Translations under genes and position numbers: made by a program
Notes under the pieces: model-generated
The model's input: the letters and a program-made list of their open reading frames with translations, nothing else
What the model was told of the DNA's origin: nothing
The model's database searches: none
Assembly (NCBI GenBank): GCA_028284385.1
Contig: JANQRT010000005.1
Coordinates: 15,660-79,659, forward strand
Length of the DNA stretch: 64,000 nt
Source: Opitutaceae bacterium
GTDB taxonomy: Bacteria; Verrucomicrobiota; Verrucomicrobiia; Opitutales; Opitutaceae
Direction of reading: 5' to 3'
In this document: positions 29,176 through 40,233 of the stretch, piece after piece
Position numbering within the stretch: the first letter of the stretch is position 1
Layout of the letters: each line of letters begins with the position of its first letter

Positions 29176-30171
29176 TTATCCGAACAACTCTTTGTGAATG
29201 GCTTGAGCTTGGTCGATTTCCAATCTCGGTCCGAATTGCGAAACCACTTTTGAAGAGGACTTGCTAGCCAGCTTTCCCGCATCGGCGTAAGACATGTCAT
29301 GAGTTATCCCATACAAAAAGGCTCCAGCGAAAAGGTCTCCAGCTCCATTCGTATCGACCGCTTTTGCTGGATACGGTTCGATGTTGATGAACTGCGCTCC
29401 GTCGAAAACGACGGCTCCCTTCTCGGCGAGGGTGATGGCGAAGCGCTTGGCTGACGATTTGAGTTCATCTTTTGCCGTCTCCAACGAGTTCGCGCCCGTA
29501 AAAAGCATAGCTTCCTCTTCGTTGCAGAAAAGAAGGTCGACTCCAGAGCCCACGACTTCCGACATCTGGTCCTTGAAATACTTCACCATGCTAGGATCGG
29601 AAAAGGTGAGGGCCGTTTGTACATCGTTGGCCTCTGCCAAACGCTTGGCTTCAATCATGGCCCGGCGAGCCGAGTCGCTCGTTACCAGATAGCCTTCGAT
29701 GTAAAGGTACTCTGAGTCAGCCAATGCGGCTTGGTCGATCTCGCTTGTTGAATAATCCGCCGTTATCCCCAAAAAGGTGTTCATCGTCCGTTCCGCGTCC
29801 GAAGTGGTCATGACCAGGCACTTTCCAGTGATGCCCTCCGCAAGATTTCCATTTGTAAGGACAGTCTCGATACCATTGGCCGTAAGGTCGCTAAGATAGA
29901 ACTTCCCCATGTCGTCGTTGGCCACTTTGCACGAATAAAAGCACGATGCCCCAAATTGGCTGGCTCCAATAACCGTGTTGGCTGCAGAGCCGCCGCATTT
30001 CATTGTGCTAGTCGATAAATCAATGGCATCCACCAGCGTTGCTTGTCGTTCCTCGTCGACCAACGTCATCAGTCCCTTCTCGATTTCGTGCTTCTGAAAG
30101 AAGGCGTCATCCACCTCGGTTACGATATCAACGAGGGCGTTGCCCATGCCGTAAACTTGATATTTCTTCAT
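29176..30171 (-). CDS. PfkB family kinase, adenosine-kinase-like
   Basis: 331 aa with the PfkB signature DTNGAGDLFAGAFLYG near the C-terminus and an N-terminal GG motif region. Confidence 0.8.
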   Translation of the reverse strand: MKKYQVYGMGNALVDIVTEVDDAFFQKHEIEKGLMTLVDEERQATLVDAIDLSTSTMKCGGSAANTVIGASQFGASCFYSCKVANDDMGKFYLSDLTANGIETVLTNGNLAEGITGKCLVMTTSDAERTMNTFLGITADYSTSEIDQAALADSEYLYIEGYLVTSDSARRAMIEAKRLAEANDVQTALTFSDPSMVKYFKDQMSEVVGSGVDLLFCNEEEAMLFTGANSLETAKDELKSSAKRFAITLAEKGAVVFDGAQFINIEPYPAKAVDTNGAGDLFAGAFLYGITHDMSYADAGKLASKSSSKVVSQFGPRLEIDQAQAIHKELFG

Positions 30172-30283
30172 AGAAAGGGATTTCGATTTTCGGAGTTCGG
30201 GAATAGCAAAGTTTCATGACGCCGTCTCGCAACATAAATTGATCGTTGATGATCAAAGCGGAGACTCTTTAGGATCCCTCTTC

Positions 30284-30481
30284 ATGACGGAAATTGTCGA
30301 CGAGATTAAACAGCTTTTCGAACTTTACCCGCCCTGGCTTGTTACGACCTGTCTTGTTATCGTCGGCGCCGGTTTGATCTACTTGATTTGGAGACTGGTG
30401 AAATTCGGCATGATCTTGGTTATCACCTTGCTGCTCATCGCTTTGGTTGGAGCAGCGGGCTGGTTTATCTTCGCTGGTTGA
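30284..30481 (+). CDS. small two-TM membrane protein (hypothetical)
   Basis: About 65 aa from the ATG (MTEIVDEIKQ...), with two hydrophobic helices. Only ORF and hydrophobicity evidence. Confidence 0.4.
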   Translation: MTEIVDEIKQLFELYPPWLVTTCLVIVGAGLIYLIWRLVKFGMILVITLLLIALVGAAGWFIFAG

Positions 30482-30523
30482 AGCTTGGATGATTATTTCA
30501 ATTTTGACCGCTTGATAGGTTGA

Positions 30524-32179
<1,656 letters not shown>

Positions 32180-32226
32180 ATTATCGTATCACCTTTTCTC
32201 CAATTTAATCCCAAATTCTCCGAGCG

Positions 32227-33825
32227 ATGGCCAAGCTTTTGATAGAGGTGCCTATCCCCTCCATGGGGGCGACGGTTAACGAAATGACTTTGATCGATTT
32301 GCTCTGCGAGGCAGGCAAGCGCATCACTAAGGGCGAGAAGCTGGCCGAGATGGAAAGCGACAAATCCATCTTCGATTTCGAAGCTCCCTGTGATGGCATC
32401 ATTCAGCGCATTTTTTGCAGGGCAGGCGACATCCTTCAGGTAGGTTCTCCTTTTTTGAGAATCGAGACTGAGGATCCTGCCATGAGCCATCTCGAGATTT
32501 CCGATGGAGATGATCAGCCCACTGATCTCTCTGCCGAAGCGGCTACTCCTTCCTCCAAAACCGCCGCTCCTCTTCCGGAAATCACAACCGTGAGCAGGGA
32601 GCCACTCGGATTGACCTCGACTCCTTCAAAACCTAAGGCGGCCGCTCCTAGATGGACCCCAAGGGCCAGAAAACTCGCTCTTGAAAAAGGCATCGATCCG
32701 GAAACGATTACGGATATCGTAGGGACGGGCCCTGGTGGCAGAGTTACGGGCGACGATCTCGATACTTACGTTGCTACGGTTCCAACTCACCAGAACGAAG
32801 GGCAGGTTGGGCAGGCTTCTGTTGTCGAAGATCCTCTGGAAGCTCAAACCGTTTGTTTGGCTGGTGTCGGCTACGCGGTTCCTAAAAGCGTTCGATCGAA
32901 TAACGAGATTCTTAAAGAGTTTCCCGGGAAGACGGAAGAAGAGATTCTCAAAGTGACGGGTATCGAGCAACGGTATGTGATTAGCGAAGGCGAATCGGCC
33001 ACTAGCCTTGCCACCGATGCGACACGAGGGGCGCTCAACATGGCGGGTCTGCAAGCCACCGATATCGACGCTGTCATTGTGGCGACACTACTTCCCGACC
33101 AGCCGGTGCCGGGAGCTGCCAGCGCTTTGGCAAAGGTTTTGGGGGTCGAGAAAGCCTTGGCTTTCGATTTGAATGCCGCTTGCTCAGGCTGGCTCTATGC
33201 TCTGGAAGTGGGACGTTCCTTCATTTGCGGTGGGACCGCTAAGAACGTTTTGGTGGTGACGGCTGAAATCCTTTCCAGCATCACCAATCCGAAAGATCAC
33301 TCGACGGCTTTTCTTTTTGGCGATGGAGCGGGCGCGGCGATTTTGACCCCTCAAGACGGTGGCCACCGGCTTTATCGTCATCACTTGAGTGGAGATGCTC
33401 AGTATAGCGATGCGATTTCACGAGCGGGCGGTGGTGCCATGAATCCCATCCCTAAGCCGGGACAGGATCTGGATCCTTTCTATTTGAAACTCGATGGGTC
33501 GGTTGTCTTCAAGCGAGGCGTGATCGCATTCGCGGAAATCATTGAACACCAGATGAAGCATCACAGCCTTAGCGCCGACGATGTCTCCTGGATTGTGCCT
33601 CACCAGGCCAATGCTCGAATTCTCAAAGCGGTTAGCAAGCGAGTCGGCATTCCTTACGAAAAGTTTGTGGTTACGATTGGCAAATATGGCAACACTTCGG
33701 CCGCTTCCGTATCCATGGCTTTGGGATGGGCCGCCGAAGAAGGCATCTTCGAAGAAGGCGACAAGATTATCTTTTGTTCCGTAGGAGCTGGCTTCACCTA
33801 CGCGGGTGGATTGCTCACCTGGTAG
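32227..33825 (+). CDS. fusion protein: lipoyl-attachment domain + peripheral-subunit (E3)-binding domain + beta-ketoacyl-ACP synthase III (FabH)
   Basis: Single 532-codon ORF. Lipoyl motif EMESDKSIFDFEAPCDG. PSBD sequence TPRARKLALEKGIDPETITDIVGTGPGGRVTGDDLDTY. KAS III triad: Cys in NAACSGWLYAL, His in PHQAN, Asn in GNTSAAS. Confidence 0.85.
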   Translation: MAKLLIEVPIPSMGATVNEMTLIDLLCEAGKRITKGEKLAEMESDKSIFDFEAPCDGIIQRIFCRAGDILQVGSPFLRIETEDPAMSHLEISDGDDQPTDLSAEAATPSSKTAAPLPEITTVSREPLGLTSTPSKPKAAAPRWTPRARKLALEKGIDPETITDIVGTGPGGRVTGDDLDTYVATVPTHQNEGQVGQASVVEDPLEAQTVCLAGVGYAVPKSVRSNNEILKEFPGKTEEEILKVTGIEQRYVISEGESATSLATDATRGALNMAGLQATDIDAVIVATLLPDQPVPGAASALAKVLGVEKALAFDLNAACSGWLYALEVGRSFICGGTAKNVLVVTAEILSSITNPKDHSTAFLFGDGAGAAILTPQDGGHRLYRHHLSGDAQYSDAISRAGGGAMNPIPKPGQDLDPFYLKLDGSVVFKRGVIAFAEIIEHQMKHHSLSADDVSWIVPHQANARILKAVSKRVGIPYEKFVVTIGKYGNTSAASVSMALGWAAEEGIFEEGDKIIFCSVGAGFTYAGGLLTW

Positions 33826-33829
33826 TCGT

Positions 33830-34579
33830 CTAGCCGTTTGATATTTCCTGTCGCACGATCGATAAAATCGATACCGCAGCTGTCTCGCATCGCTGTACGA
33901 ACGGTCCAATGGTTACGGGTTTAAAATCGTGTTTGGCGATGGCTTTGTACTCTTCTTCGCTGAAGTCTCCTTCTGGTCCTATTAGACAGGCCACGTTCTT
34001 TGGCTGGAATTGATGTTTGCCTCTGAATTCCGAGAAAACGTCCTTAACCATGCGCGTTTCGGGCTGTAGACTCGCTACGATGTTAAGATCGAAGAAGTCT
34101 CCCAAAGTGTACAGCAACGGTTGAAGGGCTCCGATCTTGGGGAGGAAAGGATTACCGCTTTGCTTGGCTCCCTCGATTGCCGCTGCCTTGAGCTTAGCCA
34201 TTTTATTGGCTTGCCGATCCGTAATGATCTTCAACTCGGTTCGCGAGGTGATTATCGGAAGAATCTGCCATACACCGAGCTCCGTCGCTCTTCGTACGAT
34301 GCTTTCCAAGCCTTTCCCTTTGGGAGCGGCCAGAATCAAGGTGATGTAGCGATCCGGCTTTTCATGAACCTTGTAGGTTTTTGGCGTAAGGACTGCTTGT
34401 TTTCCGTCAGCCACTTGGATTTCACACTGCCATTCCACCCCATCACCATTGAACGCGATTACTTCGTCTCCCTCTCGAGCTCGATTGGTGTTTATCAGGT
34501 GGTGCGACTCTTCGTTGGACAGCTCGATGCGGTCAGTTCTTAGAACGGTGGCGTCGCAGTAGCATCGAAAATCCGACAT
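33830..34579 (-). CDS. rsmE: 16S rRNA (uracil1498-N3)-methyltransferase
   Basis: 249 aa with an N-terminal PUA-like region and the C-terminal SPOUT motif LIGPEGDFSEEE. Confidence 0.85.
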   Translation of the reverse strand: MSDFRCYCDATVLRTDRIELSNEESHHLINTNRAREGDEVIAFNGDGVEWQCEIQVADGKQAVLTPKTYKVHEKPDRYITLILAAPKGKGLESIVRRATELGVWQILPIITSRTELKIITDRQANKMAKLKAAAIEGAKQSGNPFLPKIGALQPLLYTLGDFFDLNIVASLQPETRMVKDVFSEFRGKHQFQPKNVACLIGPEGDFSEEEYKAIAKHDFKPVTIGPFVQRCETAAVSILSIVRQEISNG

Positions 34580-34611
34580 GCCTGTTCCTATGGGGAGTTC
34601 TTCGAATTGAG

Positions 34612-34700
34612 CAAATGAAAAGGCGCCGCTAAGCGGCGCCCTTTCTTACTTATCAAACTACAAACCAGAATTAAGAAAAACTCTAACTCCCTTTTCATTG
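34612..34700 (-). ncRNA. candidate small RNA / leader module 1 (uncharacterised)
   Basis: On the minus strand, TTTGAACGT-N14-CGCCTATCA is followed by about 87 nt. That stretch ends in the conserved GTTTGTAGTTTGATAAGT, then the hairpin GGCGCCGC-TTA-GCGGCGCC, then TTTTCATTT. A paralogous copy lies 180 nt upstream. Confidence 0.35.
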
Positions 34701-34794
34701 TTGATAGGCGCTCTCCTGCCAAAAACGTTCAAAAAAAAGATGAGCCATTCATTTCAATCTCTCAAATCCCTCCGAAATAGGTTGTTCAGCAAAA

Positions 34795-34886
34795 CGAAAA
34801 AAGCGCCGCTAAGCGGCGCTTTTTCGACTTATCAAACTACAAACTAGATACGAAAAATGAACAAAACCCTATTAAATTCCTGTACT
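34795..34886 (-). ncRNA. candidate small RNA module 2 (paralog of module 1)
   Basis: On the minus strand, TTTGAACGT-N14-CGTCTATCA is followed by about 90 nt. That stretch ends in GTTTGTAGTTTGATAAGT, then the hairpin AGCGCCGC-TTA-GCGGCGCT (compensatory change relative to copy 1), then TTTTTCGTTTTG. It contains no ATG-initiated ORF. Confidence 0.35.
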
Positions 34887-35210
34887 GTGATAGACGTAGA
34901 AGGTCTTACCACGTTCAAAGAATTCTTTCTTTTCAGACAGAAAATTTCTCTGACTACCTAATTCGTTGATCACGAATAGATTAGAAATGGGCAGGCGTGA
35001 TTACGTCCTCTCTGCACTAGCTGAGGCGCCTTTTCCTAGAACAACGAAACGCGCCAAAGACATGAAAGAAAAAAATACCAGTCTGAGAGATTTCTATTCA
35101 TGAATCTCGCGTGTTTCGTTGTTTCCAAACAAGAGTCTTCAGCGACTTGAAATTGGCTTGCCAGTTATCACCGCCTTGGCGCATACACCTCTCTCCAAAT
35201 TTCGAAACAA

Positions 35211-35296
35211 GCCCAGGTGGCGGAATTGGTAGACGCGCCTGACTCAAAATCAGGTTTCCACCGGAAGTGAGGGTTCGAGTCCCTCCCTGGGCACCA
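35211..35296 (+). tRNA. tRNA-Leu (anticodon CAA)
   Basis: Hand-folded cloverleaf. Acceptor GCCCAGG/CCTGGGC, anticodon stem CCTGA/TCAGG with loop CTCAAAA, long variable arm, T arm GAGGG-TTCGAGT-CCCTC, and an encoded CCA. Confidence 0.95.
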
Positions 35297-35428
35297 CGCT
35301 TCGCTTTTACGAAGTTTGGCGAGGTGTACCCTGCGTAGCCTCAAAGCGATGCCTGGACAGCAACGTTTCAGTGTCGGCTACGCGCGGCTAGAGCCAGCCT
35401 TCGCCAAGGCTACGGCTGGCAGGCCAGC
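35297..35428 (+). repeat. structured tRNA-trailer repeat, copy 1 (132 nt)
   Basis: Starts at the first base after the CCA of tRNA-Leu. It matches copy 2 at 94 of the first 108 positions, and the final 23 nt are identical. Contains several internal helices. Confidence 0.65.
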
Positions 35429-35532
35429 TTTTCATGAGATTACATCAACTCTCTGAGGCGAACAATCCTCGCGACACTTTTCATTTGAAATCTTTGGGAC
35501 CCCTCGCCAACGTAGCGCCTCATTTTTGGTAT

Positions 35533-35610
35533 CGGGCCATGGCGCAGCCTGGTTAGCGCGCTTGTCTGGGGGACAAGAGGTCCCGAGTTCGAATCTCGGT
35601 GGCCCGACCA
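35533..35610 (+). tRNA. tRNA-Pro (anticodon GGG)
   Basis: Hand-folded cloverleaf. Acceptor CGGGCCA/TGGCCCG, D stem GCGC/GCGC, anticodon stem CTTGT/ACAAG with loop CTGGGGG, T arm CCGAG-TTCGAAT-CTCGG, and an encoded CCA. Confidence 0.95.
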
Positions 35611-35778
35611 CGCTTCGCCTTTACGAAGTTTGGCGAAGCGTGCTCTGCGTAGCCTCAAGGCGATGCATGGGCAATAACGCTTCAATGTCGGCTACGCGAG
35701 GCTAGCGCCAGCCTTCGCAGCAATGTTAATGAAGGCGGGCAAGAAGCGTTCATTGAAGGCTACGGCTGGCAGGCCAGC
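35611..35778 (+). repeat. structured tRNA-trailer repeat, copy 2 (168 nt, carries a 36-nt net hairpin insertion)
   Basis: Starts at the first base after the CCA of tRNA-Pro. Same sequence family as 35297-35428, with an extra 37-nt segment (AGCAATGTTAATGAAGGCGGGCAAGAAGCGTTCATTG) in place of a single C in copy 1. Confidence 0.65.
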
Positions 35779-35894
35779 TGATGCTCTACTCTGGATTAAG
35801 CTACTCAAATCGGCTTCTTGCAGCTGCGAATACGCCACTCAACTAATTCGCTGTTGTATTCACTTCTTCATTTCTGAATGCTTATCGACTGTCG

Positions 35895-36335
35895 ATGTCA
35901 GCCAAGACGGAAAAAATACAAGCGTTGAGTCTCGTTCGTGGTCTTATTCCTGTTTTGGCTGTCATGGCTACTCTGGTATACGCTTCGTCGCTTGCCAAAG
36001 CTAAGCCAGCGGGGCCGGATCTGTTTCAGTTCGACAAGATTGCCCACTTTTTCGTTTTCGGACTCCTAGGCACGCTTTGGTTTCGATGTCTGCGCATCCC
36101 ATTCTTGAATACAAGGCGATGGGTGGTCGCCTTTTTGCTGGTGATCGCATTCGGCATCGTGGATGAGATTTTGCAGTACTTTAATCCGAATCGATCATTT
36201 GACCCCTATGACTGGGTTGCCGACGCTGGCGGGGCGTTAGTGGGCATTTTCGTTTATCGCGACTGGTCGCTCTATCGGCGAGTTCTAGAGACGCCGATTA
36301 GCAAATTGGCGTCCTTGAAGATCGTTTCGGAATAG
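35895..36335 (+). CDS. VanZ family membrane protein
   Basis: 146 aa with 4 TM segments and VanZ-like motifs (DKIAHFFVFGLLG, DEILQYF, DWVADAGG). Confidence 0.7.
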   Translation: MSAKTEKIQALSLVRGLIPVLAVMATLVYASSLAKAKPAGPDLFQFDKIAHFFVFGLLGTLWFRCLRIPFLNTRRWVVAFLLVIAFGIVDEILQYFNPNRSFDPYDWVADAGGALVGIFVYRDWSLYRRVLETPISKLASLKIVSE

Positions 36336-36371
36336 CTTTTTGGAGAAATTGGAAACTTTTCCTTGTTAAAA

Positions 36372-36406
36372 ACCACAATTGTGGTAATTTTAACCACAAT
36401 TGTTGT
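36372..36406. promoter_or_regulatory. tandem palindromic operator upstream of the BlaI-family repressor gene
   Basis: Perfect 14-bp palindrome ACCACAATTGTGGT (36372-36385) and a one-mismatch copy ACCACAATTGTTGT (36393-36406). Their starts are 21 bp apart, and the second ends 6 nt before the ATG at 36413. Confidence 0.55.
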
Positions 36407-36412
36407 AAAACT

Positions 36413-36799
36413 ATGGCAGGTGACACGATAAAGCTTTCCAAGCTGGAAATGGATGTGATGGGTTCCTTTTGGAAATTGGGTAAAGCGACGGTGAGGGAGG
36501 CTCACGAGGCGATTCCGGATGGGGCAGGAAAGCCGGAATACACGACTGTTCAAACGATTATCAGTCGATTGGAGGCCAAGGGGGCGGTGCATCGCTTGAA
36601 AAAAGTGGGCAACGCCTGGATTTACGAACCGCTAGTATCCAGAAAATCGATCGTGGGAAAAATCGTCGATGATCTTTTAGGTCTTTTAGAGGGCGCGGCT
36701 AGTCCGATTGTTTCTCACCTGGCGGAGAGTGGGAAGCTCTCCGAGGAGGATGTGAAAGAAATCCAAGAGATCATCGCGAAATCGGAGAAGAAGAAATGA
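36413..36799 (+). CDS. BlaI/MecI/CopY family transcriptional repressor
   Basis: 128-aa winged-helix protein (LSKLEMDVMGSFWKLGKATVREA...YTTVQTIISRLEAKGAV). Its end overlaps the start of the M56 sensor gene by 4 nt. Confidence 0.85.
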   Translation: MAGDTIKLSKLEMDVMGSFWKLGKATVREAHEAIPDGAGKPEYTTVQTIISRLEAKGAVHRLKKVGNAWIYEPLVSRKSIVGKIVDDLLGLLEGAASPIVSHLAESGKLSEEDVKEIQEIIAKSEKKK

Positions 36800-38082
36800 A
36801 TGATATCGGCATTAAGTCTTTTGAGCTTTTCCTTCTGCATCTCGGCGAGTCGACGGTCTTTGCTCTTATAGCCGTTACCTTCGCCAGCGCTCTACGCCTG
36901 AAGAAAGCGAAGAACCGCTATCTGTTTTATCAATTGGCTCTTCTGAAATTCCTTCTGCCGATTGGCGTTATCGCGGCATTGGCATTCAGGTCGTTTGGAG
37001 CTTCCTCTGAAACGCTAAACGAGCTGGTTGTCACTACGGTATCCAAATCTTCTGACTACGTAGCGAATCAAGCTTCAGGGGGATGGATTGTATTTCTATT
37101 GGGAACATGGATTGGAGGCGTGCTGTGCATGACCATTGCCCATGGCATTGGCCTTTCTCGAGTTCGCAAGCTGGTTTCCGATTCGAGCGTTCCGGACGAC
37201 TCGGCGATGAAGCGTATCCATAAAATTCTGGCAAGAACGGGTTTCGCCAGTGCCGGCAAGTTGCCTTTTTTTATCAACAATCGATTCGCTTCTATAGGAA
37301 TAGCAGGATTTTTTAGACCCAGAATTATTATCAACGCGACGTTTCTTGACGCTTTGTCGGACGAGGAGTTGCTAGCCGCGTTTAAGCATGAGTTGGCTCA
37401 TGTGGATCGACGCGATAATCTTTGGCATATCGTTCATGCTTCGATTGTGACCCTTTTCTGGTTTCATCCGGTAGCGTGGATACTTCGCTATCAACTTCGG
37501 TTGGAAAGCGAGTTGGCTTGTGATGAAGCTGCCCTGCTGACGGGCGAATCTCCACGCGACTATGCCGAATGTTTGTTGAAAGCAGCTTCCTACCATCACC
37601 ACTACAAGAATAGCTGGGTGACGGCCTTTACCGCAAAATCGCTTAAGATGCGTATCCGCAAAATCGTTAACTTCGAAAAAGGAAAAGAATCCATTATGAA
37701 ACTGATAACAATGCATCTTGTTGCATTCTGCGTCGCGGGGCTGTTTCTCGGCGCCTCGACCCATCTCCATGCCATTGGCGATGCCGGACAGGAAACGACC
37801 TACGAACTTAAGGATCTCGATACCCATCCTAAACCGCTGCACCAGGTACAGCCGAAGTATCCTTATGAACTCAAGAAGCAGGGAATTGCGGGTTGGGTGA
37901 AGCTCGAGTGGGTCATCGACTCCCAAGGAAACGTCGTCCGTCCCAAAGTTTTGGAGTCATCGCTGAGGGATTTCGAGCAACCGGCAATCCAGTCCATTCT
38001 CGAGTCGAAGTGGCATCCTGGAACGAAAGCAGGCAAGGCCGTTTCCGTTCGCGTTAGGCAGAGGATGGATTTCCAGCCGTAA
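36796..38082 (+). CDS. BlaR1-like M56 peptidase sensor with C-terminal TonB-type domain
   Basis: 428 aa with N-terminal TM segments, the zinc motif HELAHVDRRDN, a further TM segment, and a TonB_C-like end (PKYPYELKKQGIAGWVKLEWVIDSQGNV). Confidence 0.8.
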   Translation: MNDIGIKSFELFLLHLGESTVFALIAVTFASALRLKKAKNRYLFYQLALLKFLLPIGVIAALAFRSFGASSETLNELVVTTVSKSSDYVANQASGGWIVFLLGTWIGGVLCMTIAHGIGLSRVRKLVSDSSVPDDSAMKRIHKILARTGFASAGKLPFFINNRFASIGIAGFFRPRIIINATFLDALSDEELLAAFKHELAHVDRRDNLWHIVHASIVTLFWFHPVAWILRYQLRLESELACDEAALLTGESPRDYAECLLKAASYHHHYKNSWVTAFTAKSLKMRIRKIVNFEKGKESIMKLITMHLVAFCVAGLFLGASTHLHAIGDAGQETTYELKDLDTHPKPLHQVQPKYPYELKKQGIAGWVKLEWVIDSQGNVVRPKVLESSLRDFEQPAIQSILESKWHPGTKAGKAVSVRVRQRMDFQP

Positions 38083-38138
38083 CGAGTTTCTGGGACTAAA
38101 AAGCAAGGATGTCGGGAGACCGTTATCCTCAGAAAAGT

Positions 38139-38170
38139 AGCGACTGGTCGTGTGGCCAGTCGCTTTTCGT
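38139..38170 (+). terminator. rho-independent terminator after the blaI-blaR1-like operon
   Basis: Stem AGCGACTGG (38139-38147) / CCAGTCGCT (38156-38164) followed by TTTCGTT. Confidence 0.55.
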
Positions 38171-38205
38171 TAGGAGATTGATTTGCCGGTCAGGATCGCT
38201 CTTAA

Positions 38206-40218
<2,013 letters not shown>

Positions 40219-40233
40219 GCAAACTCTGCATGA

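Noticed and set aside
34588-34698. 36-codon minus-strand ORF (MKRELEFFLILVCSLISKKGRRLAAPFHLLNSKNSP) inside sRNA-like module 1, resembling a small hydrophobic type I toxin
   Set aside because: It reads straight through the terminator hairpin. The paralogous module 2 conserves the nucleotide core but has no ATG or equivalent ORF. Conservation therefore appears to act at the RNA level, not the peptide level.
35440-35685. 81-aa minus-strand ORF and the 35723-36004 plus-strand ORF in the tRNA region
   Set aside because: The first overlaps tRNA-Pro and the trailer repeat. The second runs through repeat copy 2 into the VanZ gene in another frame. Both are explained by the RNA elements.
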